Numbered from the stretch's first letter, positions 11,005 through 25,129 are shown. The stretch: DNA of 50,720 nt from Octopus sinensis (GCF_006345805.1 NW_021834192.1:1-50720), one strand, 5' to 3'. The notes: generated by a model not told the origin, from the letters alone. Numbers and translations: made by a program.

Positions 11005-12642
11005 AAAGAATATCCTCGATGATGAGGTCCCCCAAACCTTCAAGTCAATTTTCTGCGTTTTTTTAAAATGAAAACAAGAAAGTCCTCGACTCACATGATG
11101 TGTCCCCAAAACCTTCAAGCTAAAAAATTAAAAAAATTAATTTCTGCGTTTTTGTTAAAATGAACAACAAGAAAGTCCTCGACTCACATGATGTGGTCCC
11201 CCAAAACCTTCAAGCCAAAAAATTAAAAAAATTATTTTTTCTGCGTTTTTGTTAAAATGAACAACAAGAAAGTCCTCGACTCACATGATGTGGTCCCCCA
11301 AAACCTCAAGCTAAAAAATTAAAAAAATTATTTTCTGCGTTTTTGTTAAAATGACCAACAAGAAAGTCCTCGACTCACATGATGTGGTCCCCCAAAACCT
11401 TCAAGCCAAAAAATTAAAAAAAAATATTTTCTGCGTTTTTGTTAAAATGAACAACAAGAAAGTCCTCGACTCACATGATGTGGTCCCCCAAAACCTTCAA
11501 GCCAAAAAATTAAAAAAAATTATTTTCTGCGTTTTTGTTAAAATGAACAACAAGAAAGTCCTCGACTCACATGATGTGGTCCCCCAAAACCTTCAAGCCA
11601 AAAAATTAAAAAAAATTATTTTCTGCGTTTTTGTTAAAATGAACAACAAGAAAGTCCTCGACTCACATGATGTGGTCCCCCAAAACCTTCAAGCCAAAAA
11701 ATTAAAAAAATTATTTTCTGCGTTTTTGTTAAAATGAACAACAAGAAGTCCTCGACTCACATGATGTGGTCCCCCAAAACCTTCAAGCTAAAAAATTAAA
11801 AAAATTATTTTCTGCGTTTTTGTTAAAATGACCAACAAGAAAGTCCTCGACTCACATGATGTGGTCCCCCAAAACCTTCAAGCAAAAAAAAAAAAAATTA
11901 TTTTCTGCGTTTTTGTTAAAATGAACAACAAGAAAGTTCTCGACTCACATGATGTGGTCCCCCAAAACCTTCAAGGTAAAAAATTAAAAAAATTATTTTC
12001 TGCGTTTTTGTTAAAATGAACAACAAGAAAGTCCTCGACTCACATGATGTGGTCCCCCAAAACCTTCAAGCTAAAAAATTAAAAAAATTATTTTCTGCGT
12101 TTTTGTTAAAATGAACAACAAGAAAGTCCTCGACTCACATGATGTGGTCCCCCAAAACCTTCAAGCCAAAAAATTAAAAAAAATTATTTTCTGCGTTTTT
12201 GTTAAAATGAACAACAAGAAGTCCTCGACTCACATGATGTGGTCCCCCAAAACTTTCAAGCCAAAAAATTAAAAAAATTATTTTCTGCGTTTTTGTTAAA
12301 ATAAACAACAAGAAAGTCCTCGACTCACATGATGTGGTCCCCAAAACCTTCAAGCCAAAAAATTAAAAAAATTATTTTCTGCTGCGTTTTTGTTAAAATG
12401 AACAACAAGAAAGTCCTCGACTCACATGATGTGGTCCCTCAAAACCTTCAAGCCAAAAATTAAAAAAATTTTTTCTGCGTTTTTGTTAAATGAACAACAA
12501 GAAAGTCCTCGACTCACATGATGTGGTCCCCCAAAACCTTCAAGGCCAAAAATTAAAAAAAAATATTTTCTGCGTTTTTGTTAAAATGAACGACAAGAAA
12601 GTCCTCGACTCACATGATGAGGTCCTCCACAACCTTCAAGCC
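11005..12642 (+). repeat. Satellite array 2, ~17 copies
   Basis: Same unit as array 1, with the same variant first and last units. Confidence 0.98.
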
Positions 12643-13349
12643 TCGTGAGGCCATTAATTAGCTTAGCTATCTTTTTTCGATGACATAAATTCTTTTTTGT
12701 TAAATTTTCGTTAAAAAAATAAAATAAAAGCTCTAATTGTTATCGACCATGAATAGACTGTGCAATTATCAGATTTTGAAAACCACTAAAAAGGAAAAAG
12801 CAAAAATTATTAGAGATTTACATAATTGATTCTTTTTAACTGCCGAAACTGACAAATTCGATTATGCTACTGTTTAGATTTCTTAAAAGATAGAGGCAAA
12901 TAAAATTTAAATTAGTCATGTAAATTTCAATTTGCCTATATTTAAATCTCCTTGATTTAACAGGCTTTAATTTTTTTCCTTATAATACTACAAAGATGAA
13001 GCTGATTATCATTTTCTTTACCGAACAGACAAGTTCGATTATGCTAAAGTTTCAATTCCTTTAAACATAGAGGCAATTAAGTATAATGGCTTTGATTGGA
13101 TAATACACTTTACATAAATTTCACTAAATAATTTACGTAGAAAATTTAATATAAATTACTGATTCGCGTTTACAAAATCATAAGAATGTCCTATAAAGAG
13201 AGATCTGAGAATGTTAACAAACAAGAGAATATGAACCATATAACAAAAAAAGAGAAACGAGGGAAGATGTGCTTAAATGGTGAGGGAACTTAGACAACAG
13301 CTGAACAAGGTCAGGACTGCTGTTAGACTCAACTACGGGTATAGAATTA

Positions 13350-14094
13350 TGCATTCTAGGTTAATTGTTTGGGATGAATGTACGATGGCTCATAAAGGCG
13401 CATTCAAGCAGTTGACCGAACATATAGAGATATCAAGAATTGTAGCGACCATTTGTTTGGGGGAGCATTAGTTGTATTGGCAGGTGATTTTAGACAGACG
13501 CTGCCAATATTCAAAGAGGGACGCCTGCGGATGAATTGAATGCCTGCCTCAAATCGTCATATTTGTGGACACACGTGAAAAAGGTAAGCTTAGATGTAAA
13601 TGTACATGCACATTTACAGGCGTTAATAGCATATTCCCACAAATCCTTCTAGATATTGGAAATGGGGCAATCACTTCAGAAATGCACGACCAGAAAATTA
13701 GGCTACTGGAAGAATTATGTATTTTCGTAGAAACAGCAGAAGAATTATTGAATGCCGTCTATTCCGAACTATCTGAACACTACGTGAATTTCGACTGGCT
13801 GCGTGAACGAGCTATATTAGCTCCACTTAATGATGAGGTACTTAATATAAATTTAGATTTATAATGAAAATCCCTGGCAGAGAAAGATATATAAATCGGT
13901 CGACGTTATTATGGACCATGAAGGGCCTGCGATAGATTTAAGAGACTACAATTTCCGCTGAAGATAAGTTTTGCTATGACAATAAACAAGGCCCAGGGAC
14001 AGTCTTTAAAGGTAGTAGGCTTATTTTTAGAGAACGAGTGCTTTTCACATGGCCAGCTGTATGTGGGGTGCTCAAGGGTAGTAGAAAGAAGAAA
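13350..14094 (+). pseudogene. Helitron Pif1-type helicase fragment, unit 2
   Basis: Near-identical to unit 1 (ORFs 13277-13471, 13565-13864 and 13976-14224). Confidence 0.92.
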
Positions 14095-14284
14095 TCTTAA
14101 TAATAAAATGGTATGGTGTGTGTCTGTCTGTCTGTGTATTGTCTGTCTGTCTGTGCACACCCACATTCAATTGTTACAACCAGATCAAATTGTCAAAACC
14201 TTCCCTTTTGTAGTTATTCGATAATGAGGCACAATAAAAGGTTGATATCCTCTAAGAACCTTCCTGTCAAAAAATTTTAATAAG

Positions 14285-16399
14285 AAAGAAGAACCTCGAT
14301 GATGAGGTCCCCCAAAACCTTCAAGTCATTTTCTGCGTTTTTGTTAAAATGAACAACAAGAAAGTCCTCGACTCACATGATGTGTCCCCCAAAACCTTCA
14401 AGCCAAAAATTAAAAAAATTATTTTCTGCGTTTTTTGTTAAAATGAACAACAAGAAAGTCCTCGACTCACATGATGTGGTCCCCCAAAACCTTCAAGCCA
14501 AAAAATTAAAAAAAAATTATTTTCTGCGTTTTTGTTAAAATGAACAACAAGAAAGTCCTCGACTCACATGATGTGGTCCCCCAAAACCTTCAAGCCAAAA
14601 AATTAAAAAAATTATTTTCTGCGTTTTTGTTAAAATGAACAACAAGAAAGTCCTCGACTCACATGATGTGGTCCCCCAAACCTTCAAGCCAAAAAATTAA
14701 AAAAATTATTTTCTGCGTTTTTTTAAAATGAACAACAAGAAAGTCCTCGACTCACATGATGTGGTCCCCCAAAACTTCAAGCCAAAAAATTAAAAAAAAT
14801 TATTTCTGCGTTTTTGTTAAAATGAACAACAAGAAAGTCCTCGACTCACATGATGTGGTCCCCCAAAACCTTCAAGCCAAAAATTAAAAAAAATTATTTT
14901 CTGCGTTTTTGTTAAAATGAACAACAAGAAAGTCCTCGACTCACATGATGTGTTTCCCCAAAACCTTCAAGCCAAAAAATTAAAAAAAATTATTTTCTGC
15001 GTTTTTGTTAAAATGAACAACAAGAAGTCCTCGAATCACATGATGTGGTCCCCCAAAACCTTCAAGCTAAAAAATTAAAAAAATTATTTTCTGCGTTTTT
15101 GTTAAAATGAACAACAAGAAAGTCCTCGACTCACATGATGTGGTCCCCCAAAACCTTCAAGCCAAAAAATTAAAAAAATTATTTTCTGCGTTTTTGTTAA
15201 AATGAACAACAAAAGTCCTCGACTCACATGATGTGGTCCCCCAAAACCTTCAAGCTAAAAAATTAAAAAATTAATTTCTGCGTTTTTGTTAAAATGAACA
15301 ACAAGAAGTCCTCGACTCACATGATGTGGTCCCCCAAAACCTTCAAGGTAAAAAAAAAAAATTATTTTCTGCGTTTTTTGTTAATGAACAACAAGAAAGT
15401 CCTCGACTCACATGATGTGGTCCCCCAAACCTTCAAGATAAAAATTAAACAAATTATTTTCTGCGTTTTTGTTAAAATGAACAACAAGAAAGTCCTCGAC
15501 TCACATGATGTGGTCCCCCAAAACCTTCAAGGTAAAAAATTAAAAAAATTATTTTCTTCTGCGTTTTTGTTAAAATGAACAACAAGAAAGTCCTCGACTC
15601 ACATGATGTGGTCCCCCAAACCTTCAAGCTAAAAAATTAAAAAAATTATTTTCTGCGTTTTTGTTAAAATGAACAACAAGAAAGTCCTCGACTCACATGA
15701 TGTGGTCCCCCAAAACCTTCAAGGTAAAAAATTAAAAAAATTATTTTCTGCGTTTTTGTTAAAATGAACAAAAGAAAGTCCTCGACTCACATGATGTGGT
15801 CCGCCAAAACCTTCAAGGTAAAAAATTAAAAAAATTATTTTCTGCGTTTTTGGTTAAAATGAACAACAAGAAAGTCCTCGACTCACATGATGTGGTCCCC
15901 CAAACTTCTTCAAGCCAAAAAATTAAAAAAATTATTTTCTTCTTCTGCGTTTTTGTTAAAATAAACAACAAGAAAGTCCTCGACTCACATGATGTGGTCC
16001 CCCAAAACCTTCAAGCCAAAAAATTAAAAAAAATTATTTTCTGCGTTTTTGTTAAAATGAACAACAAGAAAGTCCTCGACTCACATGATGTGGTCCCTCA
16101 AAACCTTCAAGCCAAAAAATTAAAAAAAATTATTTTATGCGTTTTTGTTAAAATGAACAACAAGAAAGTCCTCGACTCACATGATGTGGTCCCTCAAAAC
16201 CTTCAAGCCAAAAAATTTAAAAAATTATTTTCTGCGTTTTTGTTAAAATGAACAACAAGAAAGTCCTCAACTCACATGATGTGGTCCCCCAAAACCTTCA
16301 AGGCCAAAAATTAAAAAAAATATTTTCTGCGTTTTTGTTAAAATGAACGACAAGAAAGTCCTCGACTCACATGATGAGGTCCTCCACAACCTTCAAGCC
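14285..16399 (+). repeat. Satellite array 3, ~22 copies
   Basis: Same unit, with some AAGGTAAA variants. Confidence 0.98.
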
Positions 16400-16748
16400 T
16401 CGTGAGGCCATTATTAGCTTAGCTATCTTTTTTCGATGACATAAATTCTTTTTTGTTAAATTTTCGTTAAAAAAATAAAATAAAAGCTCTAATTGTTATC
16501 GACCATGAATAGACTGTGCAATTATCAGATTTTGAAAACCACTAAAAAGAAAAAGCAAAAATTATTAGAGATTTACATAATTGATTCTTTTTACTGCCGA
16601 AACTGACAAATTCGATTATGCTACTGTTTAGATTTCTTAAAAGATAGAGGCAAATAACATTTAAATTAGTCATGTAAATTTCAATTTGCCTATATTTAAA
16701 TCTCCTTGATTTAACAGGCTTTAATTTTTTTCCTTATAATACTACAAA

Positions 16749-17789
16749 TACTGGAACAATTCCTGGATCCTGACTCTGTCAATATGATAAGAGTACTACT
16801 ATCGAACACAAAGCTCAAGGTGCGGGTCGGCACGGCGTTTTTTCCCGTGAATTCACGTGCAACGTCGGTACCCCTCAGGGAGACGCCCTCTCGCCGTTGC
16901 TATTCGTGATCTATCTGGAGACGGCACTACGAGACCTTCGAAAATTCTATGCTGGCAATATCGTCGAAATTGTATATGCAGATGACGTCGACTTCGTGTC
17001 AGACGACAAATCGGCCTTACTTCGACTCCTTGAAGTGGCACCTGCTGAGCTGAACAGATGGTTCCTTAAAATGAACGTTGGAAAAACCGACATCTTTGAA
17101 ATCATGAGGATGGAGAGCAGCTCAAGTGAAGCCTGGCGCAAAACGAACAAACTCGGTTCTCTACTTGGGGACGGCCATGATATTGTCAGAAGAAAGGCTC
17201 TCGCTTGGGCCACGATGAACAAGATAAAGAAAGAGTGGATCGGCAAACGACGACTCTGTACGTCACTTCGTCTGAGGATGTATGAAGCCTTTGTCAAACC
17301 AATCCTGACATATAATTCGGCGACCTGGGGAATGTCTAGTACTGAACAACGTGGACTCGATTCTTTTCACCGCAGGCAACTTAGATCCCTACTGGGATTG
17401 AACTGGCCTATAAGAATCAACCAGGAATCGCTATACAATAGATGCAGAACTGGCCCCTGAGTGTGGAAATCGTCAATATGCGGTGGAGGTTATTTGGCCA
17501 TATTCTACGAATGGACATGCTTGCCCCAGCTAACATAGCAATGGAGGGCTACTTCCTGAAAGGGATCGAGCTTCCGTGGACGTCCACGTGTTACGCTGCC
17601 GGAAACACTTGACGGAGACCTGAAATGTGTGAAGAAAAGGCTAAGGAGTGGTGAGGATCTGGACGAGCTGAGGAAACTCGCTCACGACAGAGGAGGTTGG
17701 AGAAGGCTGGTTCAAAGGATTGTTTTTAATGCTGCACGAGTAAAATTATAACTAATATGATTCTACGTATGTTGCAAATAATAATAATA
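16749..17789 (+). mobile_element. 5'-truncated RTE-clade LINE with (AAT)n tail and 13-bp TSD
   Basis: RT motifs GTPQGDALSP and YADD, and C-terminal RWRLFGHILRMD. TSD ATAATACTACAAA at 16736-16748 and 17790-17802. Empty sites are present in Helitron units 1 and 2. Confidence 0.93.
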
Positions 17790-18159
17790 ATAATACTACA
17801 AAGATGAAGCTGATTATCATTTTCTTTACCGAAACAGACAAGTTCGATTATGCTAAAGTTTCAATTCCTTTAAACATAGAGGCAATTAAGTATAATGGCT
17901 TTGATTGGATAATACACTTTACATAAATTTCACTAAATAAATTTACGTAGAAAATTTAATATAAATTACTGATTCGCGTTTACAAAATCATAAGAATGTC
18001 CTATAAGAGAGATCTGAGAATGTTAACAAACAAGAGAATATGAACCATATAACAAAAAAAGAGAAACGAGGGAAGATGTGCTTAAATGGTGAGGGAACTT
18101 AGACAACAGCTGAACAAGGTCAGGACTGCTGTTAGACTCAACTACGGGTAATAAATTAT

Positions 18160-18966
18160 GCATTCTAGGTTAATTGTTTGGGATGAATTACGATGGCTCA
18201 TAAAGGCGCATTCAAGCAGTTGACCGAACATATAGAGATATCAAGAATTGTAGCGACCATTTGTTGGGGGAGCATTAGTTGTATTGGCAGGTGATTTTAG
18301 ACAGACGCTGCCAATTATTCAAAGAGGGACGCCTGCGGATGAATTGAATGCCTGCCTCAAATCGTCATATTTGTGGACACACGGAAAAAGGTAAGCTTAG
18401 ATGTAAATGTACATGCACATTTACAAGGCGTTAATAGCATATTCCCACAAATCCTTCTAGATATTGGAAATGGGGCAATCACTTCAGAAATGCACGACCA
18501 GAAAATTAGGCTACTGGAAGAATTATGTATTTTCGTAGAAACAGCAGAAGAATTATTGAATGCCGTCTATTCCGAACTATCTGAACACTACGTGAATTTC
18601 GACTGGCTGCGTGAACGAGCTATATTAGCTCCACTTAATGATGAGGTACTTAATATAAATTTAGATTTATTAATGAAAATCCCTGGCAGAGAAAGATATA
18701 TAAATCGGTCGACGTTATTATGGACCATGAAAGGGCCTGCGATAGATTTAAGAGACTACAATTTCCGCTGAAGATAAGTTTTGCTATGACAATAAACAAG
18801 GCCCAGGGACAGTCTTTAAAGGTAGTAGGCTTATTTTTAGAGAACGAGTGCTTTTCACATGGCCAGCTGTATGTGGGGTGCTCAAGGGTAGGTAGAAGAG
18901 AATTTATTTATATTTGCCAAGGATGGACGGACTGCAAACATCGTTTATCCACAGGCCTTAGAATAA
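18160..18966 (+). pseudogene. Helitron Pif1-type helicase fragment, unit 3, with native C-terminus
   Basis: Same motifs as units 1 and 2, plus terminal [21 protein letters not shown] (18901-18966). Confidence 0.9.
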
Positions 18967-20807
18967 GGTTATATCAAAGCAGTCGCATTTATATATCTAC
19001 ATAAATTTATAGTTATTTAAGGAAACTGCGAGCGTAGCGAGCAGGGCCTCCGCAGGAGCTAGCTCGCAGTGAGCGAAGCGAACTGCTGAGCTAGTATATA
19101 CTATTGGAGTGATATCCTTCTGCACATTCCAGTATAATTTATATCATAAATATACCAGAGAGAATGTAAGGGATTACCTCAATCAAAATCCATGGTTTAT
19201 GTATAATAATCTGTATTTATAAACCTTTTATTTATAGGGCTTTGATCGTTGTTTGTATGCTTGCCATTGGCTGCTTTATATAATAATGTGAGAAAAGTGC
19301 CGAGAAATTACATAATGCTATCCTTATTTGTATTTTGTTGGGTTTTTTGTCTATTTTAATCACAAATCATCACAAATTTCTTCCACAAATTTCAAAGAGC
19401 AGTTAAACTATTTATATGATAATTATTTTAGCATTTATTTTCATCACCGAGGGTGTTCTTGAATCTACCATGTGTTGTCGGCTTGACGAACTTCTTTTGA
19501 TTATGAATAAGCTAGAAATTTCCTGCTCATTTGTGACAATTGATAATACTAATTATATGGAGTAAAAAACAATTCTTTTTTTGAGTTCATTGCAAGAAGA
19601 ACGTTTGGATCTGTTTTATATCATTCCGAATTTTTTAAGAAACCTCTAAATAATATTCAAAAAATCTTGTCGGTTATATTTATGATCCAATAACTGTTTT
19701 GGTGGATGCTGAATATGAGTATAAATTTATTTTTCAAATTTAGATCAAGTGATTCTCTTAAAATTAATGTATGAAATTTAAATTATTTGAATTTATTCTT
19801 ATCCGATGTCGACGGGGTTTTCGATTGGGAAGAATGTATAAAATGAGTAACCTTATAATTATATGTTTCAGGAGGAGTTGATAAAGTAGTAATCATTTTA
19901 TATTGTTGTTATTCCGAGATTGTGACTGTTATTTTGACAATATATGTACATAGTATCGAGAAATTGTCTTGTTTTTTAGAATAATATTTAGAACATTTGA
20001 AGTAGAATATAGTGTCTGGGGTTCTCGCGACTTTATTAATTTTTATCAAAATGAAACACTGATAATTAATTCTCCACTTTTTTCAGTCGTGTGAGGAGTG
20101 TGATTCATTCAGAATTATTATTGTATTACTTATTTTAATTTTTTCAGAATAAATAACGTAAAATATTTGTATTTGCTTTCCAAGAAATTTTTTTTAAAAA
20201 TTTTTATTTGGAATAAAAAACATTTTAAAAAACAGTTTTTATATATTCTCAAATCTAGGAATCCTTCATTGAATTATATTTTAAACAATTTGGAATTATT
20301 TTCGTTTTTTACTTGTTGATTTAAATTTAGAAAAAACATCAATTTTTTTCTCATTGGTGAGAATAAACAACGAAATTATGAGCAGATTTCTACTTTGTTT
20401 AACAAATTTTTCAATCCAATTACAAATAACATATTTGTGGAACCTTTCTCTGAATTTTCGTGAGAATTAACATAATTTAATTATATAGAAATAGTGGATG
20501 TCTTGCTGATATTACATCACATGAATTTTTGTTTGTAATCAAACCATACTTTCCAATTGAACTAAAATTTGATGAAGTCTATGAGGTTTTAACGGCAACG
20601 CATTTTTAGATCACAAGTGAATTAATCTGTACTCTTGAAATTACAGAAAATGAGTTTATTTCAACTTCTAGACCTCTGGATACTCTGATCCTTAGGTAAT
20701 AAAAGTTCAGAAAAATGTTAGATTACATGATGACTCGAGGATAATAAATGATTTTGCGCAAAAATCGGCCTTAATGGAATTTTCAGACAAATGCATTAAA
20801 AAATATA

Positions 20808-22725
20808 TAGTCTAACCCCGGGGTGGGGCACCAAAGTGCCCCAAATAGCGGGGGTGCCCTTCCAAACAGGGGTCTGGTTCAAACTATTGAATTATAGTTT
20901 ATTTAACTTAAATTTTGGTTTACTTTGCGAACAAAGAACTCTTTCACATCTCTCAAAGTGTTTATATGCCGATAATACAATAAGTTGTGTGCTTTTGCTC
21001 TATAGTTTGATAGATTTCTATTCTGTTTTTTAATTTGATTTTGATTAAAATAAATCATTATTTTTAAAAATTTTTTTGAAATAATCAGTCAATTTCAAAT
21101 TTTTCATATTTCTTAAATCTTTTCCAAGTTGAAATCCAAACTCGTAATATTTTTGGAGTGTCTCGAAAGATGTATTTTGCGCTACATTTTCCAACTTATC
21201 CATCATTTCATACGTTTCTAATATCGCTGTTTTGTCCTCTATCCCAGTTCCATTATAAAATTCGCGACTTTTGACTAGATCTTCATTTTCTTCAGATATT
21301 ATTTCGGTTATTATTTCTTCCAGGACTTCTTCCCGCAATTTTTATCTTCAATTAATTCTTCTCTATTTTCCTCAATTTTTTTCCAACAATTAATTAGTGT
21401 TGTTTCTTTAACTTCCATCCACGCTTTTCTAACAAGTACCATAATCTGTCGCATATCTATATTTTTCAAAGATTTAGGATTAATTGTTGTATCTTCTTTC
21501 AAATCGAACATAAAGTCCATTAAAAAGTTTGTGTAATATACTTTAAAACATTTTATTATACCCATGTCTAGAGATTGAATCAAAGATGTGTTTTTTGGAG
21601 GAAAAAACAATTTAACATTTGAGTATTCCAATCAAGAATGGCATGTAGCATTATCCATTATTAAAATTATTTTTCTATCTTGTGAGAGAAAGTCGTCGTT
21701 AATCTTTGATAGCCACATTTGGAAAATTTCTCTGTTCATCCAGGAATTTTTTGACGCTGCATATAAAATACCGAATTTTCCACAATCAAAATCTATGTTC
21801 AAATATAATTAAGTCAACTTTTCATACAGCGAAGTGATTTGTATTTTCCAATAACAAGAGGTCTTAATTTTTTTCCTGCTGCATTACAGCAAAGGAGGAC
21901 TGTTACTCTTTCTTTACTGAATTTTGTACCATGACATGCTTCTATCGATTCGACATAAGATCTTGAAGGAAATTTTTTAACATACAAAGATCTTTCATCG
22001 CAATTAAAAATATTTTCATGACCATAGGTTTTTAATAAATTATCAAATTGAAAGAAAAACTTTTGTCTGCTGAATTTTTTTCACCAGAAATAGTTTTAAA
22101 AACCAGATCATGTCTCTTATTAAATCTGTCTAGCCAACCGTTTGAGGCTTTAAAAGGTGTTCGAGAATCCAGTTTTGTCAATATTTTTTTCGCGATGGCT
22201 TTGATTAATGTACCCGAAATAGAAAAGGAATCTTTCCTCAATCGACGAAAAGCATTAAAAGTTAATTCGTCAAGTTTTTCAAATTGATTTGTTTCATTAG
22301 AAGCTTGTTCAACTTCATCTATTTGAACTAATCTTGAAATGACTGATCCGGTATTAATGAAAGAAGAAATATTTTTTATATTCGGGAAATAGTGCCTTTG
22401 CTTATCTTGAATTTTTTTGCAACTTCTCTTTCAAAAGAAGTTTGTAGACACTTTGCAATTTTAATTTTTTTTTCAATAAAAATCTTGGAAGGCATTAAAC
22501 AAAGATAAGTATCAAATGTTCAAAAATAATATTATTCAAAAAAATATTATGTAATAATATTAAAATAAATTAGTAAAGTGCCCCATAGTGGGGTCTTGAT
22601 AATTTCCAAATTTGGAAATTATTGCTAAAAAATGTACTAAAAAATAAAATCGCCCCAAAAACCGAGGGTGCCCCAAAAATCGAGGGTGCCCCAAGGCGGG
22701 GTTTGTTTGGGGCGGGGTTCGACTG
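20808..22725 (-). mobile_element. Tigger/pogo DNA transposon with degenerate transposase
   Basis: TIRs TA|TAGTCTAACCCC...GGGGTTCGACTG|TA. CENP-B HTH FKASNGWLDRFNKRH and DDE_1 motifs IFNCDE, ERVTVLLCCNA, MDNATCH and FPPKNTSLIQSLDMGII. Stops and frameshifts present. Confidence 0.9.
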
Positions 22726-25129
22726 TACTTGGAAATGGATACTCGATATGAACGAAGATTCCTTTTCTACACATAATTTCTTTTTAAAATGAGAGATCTA
22801 ATTATTAGGTAAATTTTTTCTTAATCGTATTTCTAAGAGTAAGAGTAACTAGTGACAGGTTTTTTCTTTGTTCAAGTAAAAAAAACCACATCCATATGTG
22901 TCTTCTTAAACATGTATGCTATAAAAATGACAAAACTAAAGATATCCACCGACGATCAACAATTTCTATCTATTAATGACGAATTTATAGTAGTTCAATA
23001 TTTTTTACATCGTCATATTGATGGATAAACTCAATATTTATTTCGGAACTTTGGTTCGAATTCAAGCATGATTTTAATCGATATTTTAAAGATCATTCTT
23101 ATAAGAAACAAGTATATAATTACAAGTTAATTAATTAAAAGCTTCATGGGCGGGAAGCCGACGCGATCGAGAAAGAATTAGAGCGCACTATCGCAAGGGA
23201 TATCCGCTCGAAAAACCATCTCGATTCGCGGGCGTCGCCTGTGATGGCAGACATTCTTATAATAGTTATGTAAATTTTGAGTTTTATATTTTTTAGATTT
23301 ACAATACTGACCGTGAATGCTTCATTTCTTTATTTTCTGCATATTATTTGTTGACAACTAATCAAAAGAAAATGTGACCTATTTGTATTATGTTTGTAGC
23401 AAGGAATTTTCGTGTCATATTGATAACAAATCTGAACCACTGATAACTCTTTTTTCTCGCGAATTCAACATTATGAGTGTTTTGTATAGATCTGATTTTA
23501 TTGAATTATCTTTTCATTCTTACACTGGTTGAAATAATACTTTTAAATTTATAGTTTTCGAAAAGAACAACGATAATTTATTCCTATTGTTAATATAATC
23601 ACTTAGAGAATCAATTCCAATTGAAATTAAAATTCATGAAGAAAATTACACAGAAATAACAAACTTCATTAAAAGACTTGTTTCGTTATCTAATAATGTA
23701 TGAATTGTATTGAATTTTGTTTAGATTACTTATAGCGAATCACAAAATTTAGCTTGGAGATGTTTTTCATATACGCTTGAAAATGACGATTTATGCATTT
23801 GTCTTGTTCCGCTTTCTAACAAAGATTGGATAATATTTAAGTCGGGACATCAAATGAATAGTTTTTTGTGATTTTGTTCTTTCTAGAAAATTATGCATCA
23901 CAAATTTCAATTTTTGTATTTTATTTTCAAATGAACAACTTTAATTTGAATTCTCCTGAAAGGTCTGGTCACTAATTTATCACCCTTTTAGAACTTTCTT
24001 ACGAAAGAAGGCTCGTAATCAAGGTAACGCCCAGTTTTCTGTTATTCTGACAGGGCTATTTCTTTACAAAATAATCCCGGAATACTCTAAAAACAGACAT
24101 AATGAATCATTAATTATTTTAAGAAATGTTCTAAAAAACATCTTAGAAAAATACATTAAGGTCTACATTCATGGTGAATCTTCATAAATTTATTCTTAGG
24201 AATATATTTTTTTTTCCATGAGGATTGTAAACTTGATAATATGATTTGTTCAGTAATTGTAGATAAGCAGTAATTTGTACAAATGATAAAACAATGAGTG
24301 ATAAAAATACTTTTTCCATTCATTAATAACAAAATATTTATTCTTAAATATATTGTCAGGTGACAAAATTAACAAAATTATAGAGTTTTCCTAGATAAGC
24401 CCTTATTTCAACATTTCCAGTTATTATTTAGAAGATTTAAAATTTGGTTATACATTTTTTTTCTTATTATAACAATTTATATTCAAACATTTCTTGTAAG
24501 GGAGAATATCGATTATATTATTAGTACATACGAATAATTCTAAAAAGCCGACGTTTCAGAGTTGTTGGAATATCAGTCATAGCAATTTTAGTACTCAAAA
24601 AATGTCTTGAAATGTGATTAAAGGTCTTAGTAAGATCGACTGACAGAAGAATAATTATTGAAGGAGATTTAAAATTGTTAATTATACGATATGTATATTC
24701 AAATATTTTGAATCATTAGATCACTGAATTACTATAGTAATCTTCTTTACCTGAATGTAGATGCTTTTGCACTTTTAGTCTGATTATCAGAACTATATAA
24801 ATCTTATTTAAAATTAATGTTACATGCTATCAAATGCTATTTTTCGATCGCCAAAAATCAGTCGCCCCTTCTACTTTTAGTATTTTAAATTACTGACTGT
24901 ATAGTATTCATGAAGACAATAAAATGTGCATATTCACAAATGGTCAAAAATATTTACTTGATTTCGGAGAGATACATGTCAAGCAGTAAGATTTGGTCCT
25001 CTGTAAAATGACCTCCTCGATTTTAATCTCCATTGGTATCTTAATCCTGAAATGGACAGCTATGAAGAATTTTCTTTGACATTAATGTGATTGATTATTT
25101 ATTGAATATTTCCATATCTCCGGCTATCC

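Larger units (their letters stand above)
7279..19094 (+). mobile_element. Non-autonomous Helitron, three head-to-tail units (7279-10815, 10816-14094, 14095-19094)
   Basis: Units 2 and 3 start A|TC followed by a (GTCT)n microsatellite. Each unit carries a Pif1 helicase fragment. There is one 3' end, with hairpin ACTGCGAGC (19025-19033) / GCTCGCAGT (19062-19070) and CTAG|T at 19091-19095. Confidence 0.88.

Noticed and set aside
11351-16251. Repetitive protein MNNKKVLDSHDVVPQNLQAKKLKKIIFCVFVK
   Set aside because: The frame stays open only where units happen to be 96 bp. Units of 94-95 bp break it constantly.
7455-16399. CRISPR array
   Set aside because: The units are contiguous near-identical repeats with no unique spacers, there are no cas genes, and the context is eukaryotic.
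19095-20800. Host gene downstream of the Helitron
   Set aside because: There is no ORF of 60 aa or more and no recognisable motif on either strand. The same holds for most of 22.8-25.1 kb.
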